A DNA stretch of 63,290 bases, filler included, from Collodictyon triciliatum (taxonomy: Eukaryota), in the NCBI GenBank assembly GCA_043381765.1. It is 8 parts of 8 records of this genome, joined end to end, with 100 filler letters (N's around TTAATTAATTAA, not from the genome) between each part and the next. Parts side by side here need not be neighbours in the genome. Positions count along the whole stretch, not along the records: positions 1 to 10,015 come from JBHJMP010003544.1; positions 10,116 to 18,299 come from JBHJMP010003545.1; 6 more parts are not named here. One strand, given 5' to 3'. The position numbers and the translations under genes were made by a program. Below are positions 1 through 16,100 of this stretch, piece after piece. The number at the start of each line of letters is the position of its first letter. The first letter of the stretch is position 1. The notes below the pieces were generated by a model, which saw nothing but the letters and a program-made list of their open reading frames with translations, ran no database searches and was not told where the DNA came from.

Positions 1-4486
<4,486 letters not shown>

Positions 4487-4897
4487 GCAAGAAGAAATGC
4501 TGCAACGACACACCACCTACGAATCTCTTTTCATTCTTTTCTTCAAAAAAAAAAAAAAAACGAAACAATTCATGCAGATAAAATACATAAACAAAAAGGT
4601 GGATGACAGGGTTTTCTGGCGTGCTTTGTCAGTCGCTGTCAACATGATTGCAATGCACCAATCAACTGCACAATCCTCTGCGTTTTCTTTTCATGAGCTA
4701 TCGACATTACACTACAATCGCACGATGTTGTCCCACAACGACACTGTGCCAACCCCTTTGATAAGGGCGCCTGGGACGTGTTTTTGTGCCTTCGATAGTT
4801 TAGTGTTACGCCAAGACGAAACGCAGAGACGTCCTATATTAGCAAAGTTATATTGATAGCTTTGGGCGCGCTCATAGTCATTGCAGGGAAAGTAGGG

Positions 4898-5625
4898 ATG
4901 TGCGCCCAGAGAACGAGCGCCGCTGACTCAGAAGCGTCCAGAGAGCCCGAAGCAAAGAGCGGCACTTTTGTCTGTTCGTTGTGTCGTGCAGAATATCCGT
5001 TCCAGTCCTTTGGCTCGAAGTCGATCCACCCACGCATAGTGTTTGTCTTTGTTTTGTGTTTAGCTTTTATCGATTCATTTTTCTTTTCTTTCATCATTTT
5101 GTCCTTCCTCTTTATATATTCTTGCCTTTTTGCTTCTCATATTTTCATGCGTTTTTTTTTAATTTAGATCTTTTGATATTATTTTTTCGTGCATTTTCAT
5201 TATTTTCCTTTCTTTATATCTCTTGTCTTTATATTCTTTTTTTACATCTAATTCAACTATGACATTGGCTTTTCTTTATACGCTTTTTCTTTCGACTTGC
5301 CGTCACCCACACTCACCCTCACGTTTCAGTTATTTCGAAGAGGGCTATACAATGCAAGATCCTTTCCATCTTTCTGGAATGCCTATTTTCGTTGGTTCGC
5401 ACTGCTGTCTTTGCTCGGCCCCGGTGTGCGTCGACAACTCATGCAGCATCTTTTACACAAAGGCAAGCATCAATCCCATCAACCCATCAATCCCATCAAT
5501 CCCATCAATCCCACCAACCACACATCCTATACAACTGTTATCAAAGAATATTTCCCTATTTGCAGCGTTTTTGCAGGCCATGTTTTACAAAGCACCGGGA
5601 CAGATTTCCACCCGAAGTTAAATGA
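4898..5625 (+). CDS. CDPF1: Cysteine-rich DPF motif domain protein (C6_DPF family), 3 exons
   Basis: Spliced product MCAQ...FVCSLC...YFEEGYTMQDPF...VGSHCCLCSAPVCVDNSCSIFYTK|RFCRPCFTKHRDRFPPEVK* follows the CDPF1 cysteine/DPF pattern. The second intron (5463-5565) is GC-AG. Confidence 0.85.
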
Positions 5626-6102
5626 TGCTCGATGTTTTATAGTTCCAGATTTTCGGGATAATCAAAACAAAATCGCCGACACAATTCATTAAACCATAGG
5701 CTTTTTTTTTCCTCCATTCATCGTGATTTTCATGCGCTGCCATTTCGCATTTTCTTTCGCACTATCAAAGTAAACTTCATCGGATATGATGTACATAACC
5801 CTAGTGATGGCTGAATCGGGTGCTGTGTTTCATGGTCATGTCCCTTTTTCTTTTCTTTTCTTTCCTTTGTATTTCAATCTCAATGCTTTCCCTCTATTCT
5901 TTGGACTATTCGAGACTCATCTCACAAGAATAGTTGCCACACTGTTTTCCTCGTTTAGCGATACAAGGGATAAACCAGAGGCTGAAACAGAAATGCACAA
6001 AGATGCAATTCAGGCTCGCTAATTTAGTTTTGGTATAGTTTATTTTATTTCTCCTAAAGGATATCTTTTCCTCGGAGTTGCTCTCCATATCGAATTTTCC
6101 GA

Positions 6103-7600
6103 TTACGACCTACGCGGATGGACCGATGGAGTTGGGTCGTAGTTGTAGTTTGCGCTGTATTGTCCTGTGTATGATTGTGGCTGTTGATGATAATATGGTT
6201 GTTGTTGTTGTTGTTGTTGCTGTTGTTGATACTGCGAATGGTATTGTGGCTGTTGATGATGTTGTGAGCCAAGTTTGGATTGGACAGCTTCCTCGAGCGC
6301 CTAGAAATGTGTGCGGTGTGTCAGTATGGAGCGTGTTATACGAGATGGGTGAAAAAAAAAAAAGGCAACGCATATGTTTAATATACATTCAATCTCCTCA
6401 GTATGTCATTGTATTGCGAAGCAGTAAGCTGGATGTAAGTCTCTGGTTTCGGTGCAGAGTCATGTCCTAAATTGAATGCAAGGTGGTTTATGTATAGAAA
6501 AGAGCCAGTTTATCATAAGGTGTTAGGAGTACTTATTTAGATAGCCGATTTATATACATCAGCAAACGTAAAAAGATGTCATATTGATTGAAATGGTTTT
6601 GAAGGATAGCTTCATAGAGCAATAAAGAGAGAATATAAAAATAATTTAAAATTGGAACAGTTAATATACATCGTATTATTTTGATACATTTGTAAAAGTA
6701 GGGCGGTGTAATCTGGATAAAGAAAATATTCGTTGAAAAGACAAAATCATGTCACGGCCATAATTACTCTACCATGGACTATGCTTCTGACCTGCCCAGG
6801 AGTTATTATTTCAGAGACACCCTCATTAGCGCGATTGGGGTGGCCACCTTGACCAATATTTAGATTTACTACTTCACATACTCATTTGCGAGGTGTTTGG
6901 TGGAGCTTAAGAAAAGAAAGAAGGAGAAGCCCACGATCGGAGAGGAAATGTCACGGCATGTGATGAGAAAACGAATGAGTGCTTTCTAAGGTGGGTTTGG
7001 TGCGATGATATTACTATTGCCCCATGGATTGCCATGTCCCGCGTTGTGAGCTGGAGAAACATGATTTTCTCGATTCGCATCTAAGAAAAGTGAATAAGTG
7101 GACCAAAAAAATGTATAAAATAAAACTAAATAAAAAACAAGGTAAAAAAAAAGGGGAAAAAAAGTCCAAAAGAAAAAAGAAAAAGGAAAAAGAAAAGAAG
7201 TTTCCACAATTACAAGACTACAGCACACCTTCCACAGCTTTTCTAATTTCTTCCCTTGAGATTCGTTTCGAAGGTTCGTCAATCACAGTTGCTGGTAGGA
7301 AATATAGAACACGATTTAGTAATCGATCATGCCATGGTTTGTTTACCAGCCCAAGGCCAGGCGAAGGGCAGTCATGTAAAAAGAAAAACGAAGCAGAAAG
7401 GAAATAAAACAAATAAAATAATAACGAAGAGAAAATAGACAGCAATCCAGGTTTTTCCCTCTTCGCTTTGCAAACCCCACATATGAATAAATGGTTTAGA
7501 ATAAAGATCGAAACTCACGAGCACTTCTCGGCGGTATTCCATACTGTTGGGCGTAGTTATACGGGTTCATGGTTGGGTGGATTCTTGAGTCGTGAAGCGC
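6103..7600 (-). CDS. Hypothetical multi-exon protein with a short coiled coil and Gln/Tyr/His-rich C-terminus
   Basis: The last two exons splice to HDSAPKPETYIQLTASQYNDILRRLN|ALEEAVQSKLGSQHHQQPQYHSQYQQ...HPRRS* (TAA at 6103-6105). Upstream exons and start are uncertain. Confidence 0.45.
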
Positions 7601-8671
7601 CCTGAGAGTTTTGTGTTTCAAGCGCATTTAGGCCAACACACAGACAAGTCAAGTCCAAAAGTCGGGGAATTTGTGAGAAGAAGCTTTGCTGTGCTCAACT
7701 CGAGCAGAGAGATACATCAAGAAACCCAATCACGGGCCACTCATGCAGTCTCTTTTTAAGCGATAGGAACGCAAAAAAGGCTCTTTAGGGTTCGGGGCTG
7801 CAGGCTTCTTCGGCGGCGCGTCATTGCGGGTTGTTTTATTTCATTATCGCCTGTTTCTGATGCGCAACGCGGATCACATTTCGAACGGATTCCGAAATGC
7901 AGATTATTTATGGGGTTTCTTTTTCTTTTTTTTTTGTTTATGGCAATGTATTTGCATATTTGGAAAATATGATAGAATCTTTTGTTGTCGTTAATAGTGC
8001 AATTTTGTGTCCTGCAAATTTGAATTATTCCTAAAAAATTCTATTATTTCATATAATATTAAAAGAATTAGTCAATTGGTATTGTGAGCCAAACAGGATG
8101 TCAGACGCGCTGAGTCGGTTGGGAGCATAATCAAGCTCAGAGAGCATCTTGTGGGTAGACTCTGTCACTTTTTGAGCAAGAGAGCANNNNNNNNNNNNNN
8201 NNNNNNNNNNNNNNNNNNNNNNNNNNNNNNNNNNNNNNNNNNNNNNNNNNNNNNNNNNNNNNNNNNNNNNNNNNNNNNNNNNNNNNNNNNNNNNNNNNNN
8301 NNNNNNNNNNNNNNNNNNNNNNNNNNNNNNNNNNNNNNNNNNNNNNNNNNNNNNNNNNNNNNNNNNNNNNNNNNNNNNNNNNNNNNNNNNNNNNNNNNNN
8401 NNNNNNNNNNNNNNNNNNNNNNNNNNNNNNNNNNNNNNNNNNNNNNNNNNNNNNNNNNNNNNNNNNNNNNNNNNNNNNNNNNNNNNNNNNNNNNNNNNNN
8501 NNNNNNNNNNNNNNNNNNNNNNNNNNNNNNNNNNNNNNNNNNNNNNNNNNNNNNNNNNNNNNNNNNNNNNNNNNNNNNNNNNNNNNNNNNNNNNNNNNNN
8601 NNNNNNNNNNNNNNNNNNNNNNNNNNNNNNNNNNNNNNNNNNNNNNNNNNNNNNNNNNNNNNNNNNNNNNN

Positions 8672-9869
8672 CCTTTTGGAAAGTGACTTGTTGCAGGACG
8701 AAGGAGCTGCTTCCTTCTCTCGACTTGATGATACAGAAGCCTTTTGCTCTATCCCAGCAAAGTTGGCCTGTAACAGCATGTAGTTCGGTAGACTCGTACA
8801 TTTCACAGTTTTCATACAGAATCTTCCACCGCGCTAGTAGCGGCTCGGGCATGTTTAGCAGGGGAACATGACATATCGAGAGCGTAAGGTTAACATACGT
8901 ATATACGAACTGCATCAAAACCCAGGCAAAAAATGAAGGCCCTGAGTTTGAGATAGTACTGTGTAAGTTATCCTGGTTGTTGGTTAGGGTAATCTCAAAT
9001 AATTATATCAAATGTTGTATCGTTAATTCCATAATAAATCCATATTTACTTCGGTGAGTAAAATGTATGCAATCATGAGATACTTTCCTGGATAAATAAC
9101 ATCTATGGGAGGTCGTGAGACTGGCACGAAACTCAGACATAGTTGAGTGGTCACCTGGGTCTTGATTTAAGGTTTTAGTCAACAGTTATTTCATAGCTGG
9201 ATCAAAAAGTGATGAAAGTAGGAGGCGCCTCATCTTTGGAACCTTCCTGGAGAGAAGCATCCACAAAATAAACCCAATGGAGAAGATTTTGCTTTTTTCG
9301 CCAGGATAGTCCCCAGAACACATGACTTCTGGTGGTAAGAGAAAGTAGTCATTTATAATTACGCGGCTGCTTCTTTTCTAATGGCCAAGAATGTCATGAA
9401 GTTCGCTCATCCCAAAGTCACACAGGTAAACGGTTCCGTCATTCTTCAGAGTAAAGCTGTTAGACTTGATATAGAAGTTGGATATGTCCTGGTAGTCTAG
9501 AAAAGCATCACAATCACAAATCATGAGTACTATGTTCTTTATCATTTCCAGGTGAAAGGTATGCTTGGGAATAATTTTGTCAAAGCTTTGGCTGTCATCA
9601 AACTAGCGGACAACCCTTAAGTGTCCCTCTTCAGCATAGATACCTAAGTGGGACAACACCCCACTATTTTGAGGCAAACAAGCAAGCCTTTGAACTTCCT
9701 CCATAATGATGTCTATATCGTCAGAGTTGCCAAGGTCATATATTGGATAGCCTTTCACTGTTTACAGACTTTATTATTATATCCCATCAACCGACCCGCT
9801 AAACTGACCATTCCCATATGATGAGAGAGTATCAAAAGAAAGTGTGTTTTATGTTTGAGGACACCGCAT
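8672..9869 (-). pseudogene. Intronless degenerate protein kinase domain plus C-terminal extension, interrupted by nine in-frame TAA/TAG codons (pseudogene or recoded gene)
   Basis: One frame gives GNGQFSG (Gly loop), TVK, EEV, IKSNSF, LCDFGMS (DFG at 9411-9419), LPPE, SKIFSIGFILW and LNQDPGDHSTMSEF. HRD is absent. Stops at 9849, 9777, 9774, 9771, 9762, 9603, 9378, 9186 and 9003. The frame runs into the N gap. Confidence 0.8.
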
Positions 9870-10015
9870 CAGCCAATCCACCACATTTGAAAGTGGAGAT
9901 AAATGATATTTATTTATTCTATATATCTAGAATAAATAAATATCAGTTTATTTCGTGCTTTATTGTTTTATGCGTTTTTTTACCTATTATTATATCTAAT
10001 TCAATATATGGATGA

Positions 10016-10115
10016 NNNNNNNNNNNNNNNNNNNNNNNNNNNNNNNNNNNNNNNNNNNNTTAATTAATTAANNNNNNNNNNNNNNNNNNNNNNNNNNNNN
10101 NNNNNNNNNNNNNNN
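10016..10115. other. Artificial scaffold linker N44-TTAATTAATTAA-N44 (also 18300-18399, 26583-26682, 34865-34964, 43145-43244, 51420-51519, 59695-59794)
   Basis: Seven identical 100-bp spacers, each with a six-frame stop cassette. Confidence 0.98.
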
Positions 10116-11256
10116 GTTGTTGAATGTGCCAGCTGGACACGATGTGCATGATGCTTGACCATCCTTATCGCTCCAAGTACCTTGCGGACATTCAATACAT
10201 GATGCATTTCCATATGAGCCGGAGTTTGAGTTGAATGTGCCTTTTGGACAAGCATAACATGATTTGGAGTCTTTTGTGATATCTTCTTTTTGATAGAATC
10301 CTGATAAGCATGAGCTGCATGATGAGCTTCCGACTGAGCTGTAACTTCCATTCGGACATGGAATACATGAATATTGATTAAATGAGCCAGTTTGATTGTT
10401 GAATGTACCGGCTGGACACGATGTGCATGATGCTTGACCATCCTTATCGCTCCAAGTACCTTGCGGACATTCAATACATGATGCATTTCCATATGAGCCG
10501 GAGTTTGAGTTGAATGTGCCTTTTGGACAAGCATAGCATGATTGTGAGTCTTTTGTGATATCTTCTTTTTGATAGAATCCTGATAAGCATGAGCTGCATG
10601 ATGAGCTTCCGACTGAGCTGTAACTTCCATTCGGACATGAAATGCATGATGATACATTGAATGAGCCAGTTCTATTGTTGAATGTTCCCGCTGGACATGA
10701 TGTGCATGATGCTTGACCCTCTCTATCATTCCAAGTACCTTGTGGACATTCTATGCATGATTTGTTGCCATATGAGCCTGAGTTTGAGTTGAATGTGCCT
10801 TTTGGACAAGCATTGCATGATTTTGAATATTTGATTATTTCTTCTTTTTGATAGAATCCTGATGAGCATAAACTGCATGACGAGCTTCTTTCTGAGCTGT
10901 AGCTTCCATTTGGACATGAAATGCAAGATAATAGATTGAATGAGCCAGTTTGATTGTTGAATGTACCAGCTGGACATGATGTGCATGATGCTTGACCATC
11001 CTTATCATTCCAAGTACCTTGTGGACATTCTATGCATGATTTGTTTCCATATGAGCCAGGGTTTGAGTTGAATGTGCCTTTTGGACAAGCATAGCATGAT
11101 TCGGAGTCTTTCATGATTTCTTCTTTTTGATAGAATCCTGATAAGCATAAGCTGCATGATGAGCTTCTTTCTGAGCTGTAGCTTCCGTTTGAACATGAAA
11201 TGCATGATGATTTGCTGAATGACCCAGTTTTGTTATTGAATGTACCAGCTGGGCAC
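10116..11256 (-). repeat. Coding tandem repeat, 279-bp (93-aa) unit, four full copies plus the start of a fifth
   Basis: The CPAGTFNN...GQASCTS unit recurs near 11240, 10960, 10680, 10400 and 10120. Confidence 0.9.
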
Positions 11257-13127
11257 GATACACATTCATCTCTTTGTTCATTACCATACGTTCCTTGCGG
11301 GCATTGCACACATGATTTGTTGCTTGTTGAAGCAAATCGCGGATTGTAAGTTCCATTAGTACAATTAGTGCACCCAGTTTGACCAAGGTTTGCATTGTAA
11401 GAACCAGATTGACAAAGTTCACATATTGATGCCCCTGATCCATATGAAAATCTTCCTAATGGACACGGAAAGCAGCTGCTAACACTGGTTGATGCAACAT
11501 CTGGGTTGTAGGAACCGGCTGGGCACTTTTCGCAAGATTTCCTTTTTGTCGAATTAGAATACGTTCCTGGGCCGCATGGTGTGCAAAATGTTTTTCCTGA
11601 TTCTTGATTGTAAAAACCAACTGGACAGTCAAAACATGATGGCTGTCCTCGTATATTAGTGTATGTTCCTGGTTCGCAATTAGGGCATGATATCTGGCCA
11701 GTTTTGTTGTTGTATTTTCCTTCTTGGCAAAAAATGCAGGAAGCAGAGCTTGTAGAACCAGTTGATGGGTTGTATGTTCCAGCTGCACATGAAAGACATG
11801 TTGCTTGACCAGTGGATGGGTTGTATGTGCCGGCTGAGCATGAAATACAGGCACCAACACTCGTAGAACCATTTGATGGGTTGTATGTTCCAGCTGCACA
11901 TGAAAGACATGTTGCTTGACCAGTGGATGGATTGTATGTTCCAGCTGCACATGAAAGACAAGTTGTTTGTCCAGTAGATGGATTGTATGTGCCACTTGGA
12001 CATAAAGAACAAGACAAGGTTCCTCCAGCACTATAGCTTCCAGAAGGGCATAGTTGACAAGACTTTGAAACTGAATCATAAAACTGACCAGCGACACAAA
12101 GTCCCCAGATTTTGATTGTAGCATCACCACTTCCAGAGACAATTTTTGAGCCTTCAGGAGTAACAGCAACACTGAGAACATAACTAGTATGACCAGTCAA
12201 TGTGCGAATCAAAGCTCCTTCAGAAAGATTCCAGATTTTGACTGTATAATCATAACTTCCTGAAACAATTTTTGAGCCATCAGGAGTAACAGCAACACTG
12301 AGAACATAACTAGTATGACCAGTCAATGTGCTAATCAAATCTCCATCAGAAAGATTCCAAATTCTGATTGTAGAATCCCAACTTCCAGAAACAATTTTTG
12401 AGCCTTCAGGAGTAACAGCAACACTGAGAACCCAATCAGTATGGCCAGTCAATGTGCGAATCAAAGACCCATCAGAAAGATTCCAGATTTTGACTGTATT
12501 ATCATAACTTCCAGAAACAATTTTTGAGCCATCAGGAGTAACAGCAACACTTTCAACAATACTAGTATGGCCAGTCAATGTGCGAATCAAAGACCCATCA
12601 GAAAGATTCCAGATTTTGACTGTATTATCATAACTTCCAGAAACAATTTTTGAGCCATCAAGAGTAACAGCAACACTCCTAACATAACTAGTATGACCAG
12701 TCAATGTGCTAATCAAAGCTTCATCAGAAAGGTTCCAGATTTTGACTGTATTATCATAACTTCCAGAAACAATTTTTGAGCCATCAGGAGTAACAGCAAC
12801 ACTCCTAACATAACTAGTGTGACCAGTCAATGTGCTAATCAAAGCTCCATCAGAAAGGTTCCAGATTTTGACTGTATTATCCCAACTTCCTGATATAATT
12901 TTTGAGCCATCAGGAGTAACAGCAACACTGTAAACCTCATATGTATGACCAGTCAATGTGCGAATCGAATCATCTTGCCCTTTAACAGGACACAATTGGC
13001 AGTGGAGCATCAATCCTAAAATTATATTATTAAATTTCTATGTAATTTGAAGTCAAAAATTAAAACAAATAATTTGTAACTCACCCAACAGCAACAGAGC
13101 TGCAAACGTCTTCGAGTTCAATCTCAT
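10116..13127 (-). CDS. Secreted/surface protein: signal peptide, 7 WD40 repeats and a long Cys-rich (GCC2-GCC3/ephrin-receptor-like) repeat stalk; 3' truncated by scaffold end
   Basis: Exon 1 (13127-13085) and a GT-AG intron (13084-13016) give MRLNSKTFAALLLLGLMLHCQLCPVKG-QDD. Then seven 42-aa GH...WD-type repeats (12965-12102) and >650 aa of CxxCxxGxY/F repeats. Confidence 0.92.
12102..12965 (-). repeat. Coding tandem repeat, 126-bp unit x7 (WD40 repeats with high internal conservation)
   Basis: Near-identical DNA units encoding I(R/S)TLTGHTxxVxSVAVTP(D/E)GSKIVSGSxDxT(V/I)KIWNLS. Confidence 0.95.
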
Positions 13128-16100
13128 TCTAAACTAATGTGATGAGTATTTAAAGATGTATACAAAATTTTATGAAGTGATGTAATACCCAATGAACCAA
13201 TTTTCTTTTTACATCTAATATTGAATCACTCTACTCAATTATCATTGATTGATTCAAAAATACATAGATAGATTATCTTCACATAACTTCAATAAATTTC
13301 ATATAAAAATCTCTCAAAATATGAATACTATTATTTATATCCATGGATAAACATGACTATTTCATTTGATGGTATAGTGACTTATTCAATTGATTTATTT
13401 ATATTAAAAATGCAAAATAGTCATCATCTCAGGTTAAATCTATTTCAACTCAAAAATTAATTGATAAAAATTCATTAGACTTCGGTTATATTTTTAGCAA
13501 GGTCATTTTTGTATCAATTATGAGTAGATTTTGATTGGATACTTATAGGAAAATCACTAATCAATTATTAGATAAATCATGCCTTAAAAACAAATCAATC
13601 AATTTACGACAAACGGAAAACAATATTAAGTATGGGACTCATGCAAATTAGCCTTATTGTGAATAGGACATGAGAATAAATCAAAAAATCAAGCAAAAGT
13701 TTAAATGATAGGATAATACATGTTTCAGTTTGAGAAAAATAGGTTTGGTTCGTCTAAGTGATAAATCAATAAATTGCGGTGACCAAAAATAGCTGACGAT
13801 TCCACAACAGACTTTTTAAATCAAAATATATCACACTTATAAGTAAAAAATATGGAATTAATTATTATTATTCAAATAATTGCACGATTTTAATAGGATT
13901 CAATATGATAAAACAGATATATGTTGAGCTTATCAAGAAATTAAGTCTATATCTCTTATGAACAAAACATGTTATCAAGGAAAACCGTGTCAATCATTTG
14001 CTTACATTTTTCACATTTCGTATATAAATATTGATAAAGTAAAGAAATAATTAATAAATTGGTTGTTCAATCATGTTCTCTTTATAAAGGCTTCTTAATG
14101 CACAAAACATCCAATATTTTAATTAATCGACCAAAAATACATCATATATTTAATTTGTTTTTTCAGCATTCCAGAATTGGATTAGCGGATTATATGATAT
14201 TTCAAAGTAAGAAGTGGTTAATGGCATATAATTTTAATATCTTATCGATTGATATATCGATTAATTATGAGATTTATGGGAATAACATTAAAATTGAATG
14301 ATATACGATAATTAATTTAAGTGCAAGCATTAATAGATTATTCATCAAAATATTGTAAAATATAATCTCATGAAATATTCATAACCAGAACCAGTGGTAT
14401 CCTTTGAAAAATTGCTTTATTTGTTGACCATTTAAATTAATATTCCTCTAAATGAAAAACTATGAATACCAAGATATTCCAATAAAAAATTAGTCAGTAT
14501 ATATAATTATTCATTCTCATGATGTGCATATTTGTGGAGATATACTGATTCAATTCGTTTATTGCTTTCGTATAATATTTATACATATAATTCATAAGAT
14601 AATCATAACTTTATAATAGTCATATTGTTAGATAACTTTGATATAACGATAAAATAATTCCTGTTCGCTTGACTACATCGAATGAACATCATATAGGAGC
14701 AAACAAAAAGATTTTCTTTAGAACATGGATTTCGATAATATCTGATAGAAATTAAAATTATGATTTAATATAACTTGGCAAATTGTCTTTCAATTAACTA
14801 TGTTATTGATTATATATAAAATATTTTAACCCTTGAAGAATAACCATCTATGTACAAAATAGGGGCTCAAGAGATGAATCACATCCTAATATTCAGTAAA
14901 ATTTCATTACTAACTAATTGTAGTATTAAAAGATGTTGTGTGAGTATTGGATATCATCTCTAATAGATTTCATGATTCACAACCAGTTTCAGTATTATTA
15001 TGCATTTATTTTCCTGATTAATGTCAATTATTATCAAATTCCCTATCATAAGTGCCAAATATAGTGATTTTTAATTGAACTCTCTTTTAATGACATATTT
15101 GTCACAGTCACCATATTAATATGATTCATAGAGCTAAAACCAGTTATACTAATCAAAACAAATGCACTCTGATAAAAATTGTTTAATTATTATGACTATT
15201 AATAGTGATATGTTTTATTTAAATCCTATATTTCATTGAGAATTTGAAGACTGTGTGCTATAAAGGTTCTTTGGAGCTCTGAATATAATAAGTCTATTAC
15301 ACAAAGGTTAGTACTAGATTTTTGATGCAAAATATATTTATTACTATGAGAAAGGCAACAAAGGTCTGAATGTTAATAAATTTACAAGCACAATCGTTTC
15401 TAAGGTAATTTATGATTGAGAATTTAGTCATTGAGGTATTTTACGTGTGCATCAATACAGAGATAATGTTCCTAGTTGAAAATTGATGAATAATAGATAA
15501 AGAAATTAAATTGTAATCGTATTTAATACTTGTACTCTGCCATATTTTGACCAAACATAATAAACTGAACACTATCAGACTTAATAATATGAAACAATCA
15601 TAGAAGTCGTAATGTATGTGGTGGACAAACTAAATAAATCATTCAGGGAATCAACATAAATATAAGAGAATATTTGGATACATAAAAAGGATTTTATGAA
15701 TATACGTGAATGATAATAATCGAAAAAAATAAAAGGGCGTGAACCGTCTACCGTATCCTTGGTTAGTCAGGGCACCGCAAAAACGAATGTCGGTATGCGT
15801 CTTATTACCTCTGATTGATTTGGAATTGGAAGGGGGAGGGGTGGGTTTGTTGGATTTGATAAATCGACATCTATATAGGCAAGGGAGAAAATTGAACTAA
15901 TTTAGATGATATAAAAACGATTGATAATTATATAGGTTTCTTTATTGAGCGATAAACCTACAGATCATTTCACTTGGAGAAACGAACAAGGTCTAGTTAG
16001 GTGAGGGGTATGGGCATGAAGCTGTGGACAAATGATTGCAGGACGGTCAAGGGGAGGGGTGGTGTATCATTCAGCGGCAAACTGGTTTTTAGCGGGATAT

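Noticed and set aside
8049-8918. Long ORFs spanning N gaps (also 36270-37081 and 56826-57558)
   Set aside because: Their length is an artefact of Ns; frame across estimated gaps is not meaningful.
10060-10071. Palindromic TTAATTAATTAA recurring every ~8.28 kb as a biological periodic motif
   Set aside because: Always centred in 44+44 Ns; it is an assembly linker with stops in six frames.
10064-12181. Alternative-frame ORFs (His/Met-rich) overlapping the WD40/Cys-rich gene
   Set aside because: Shadow frames of a repetitive coding sequence.
12102-12965. Regular repeat array as CRISPR-like
   Set aside because: Units are contiguous in-frame coding WD40 repeats without unique spacers, in a eukaryotic context with no cas genes.
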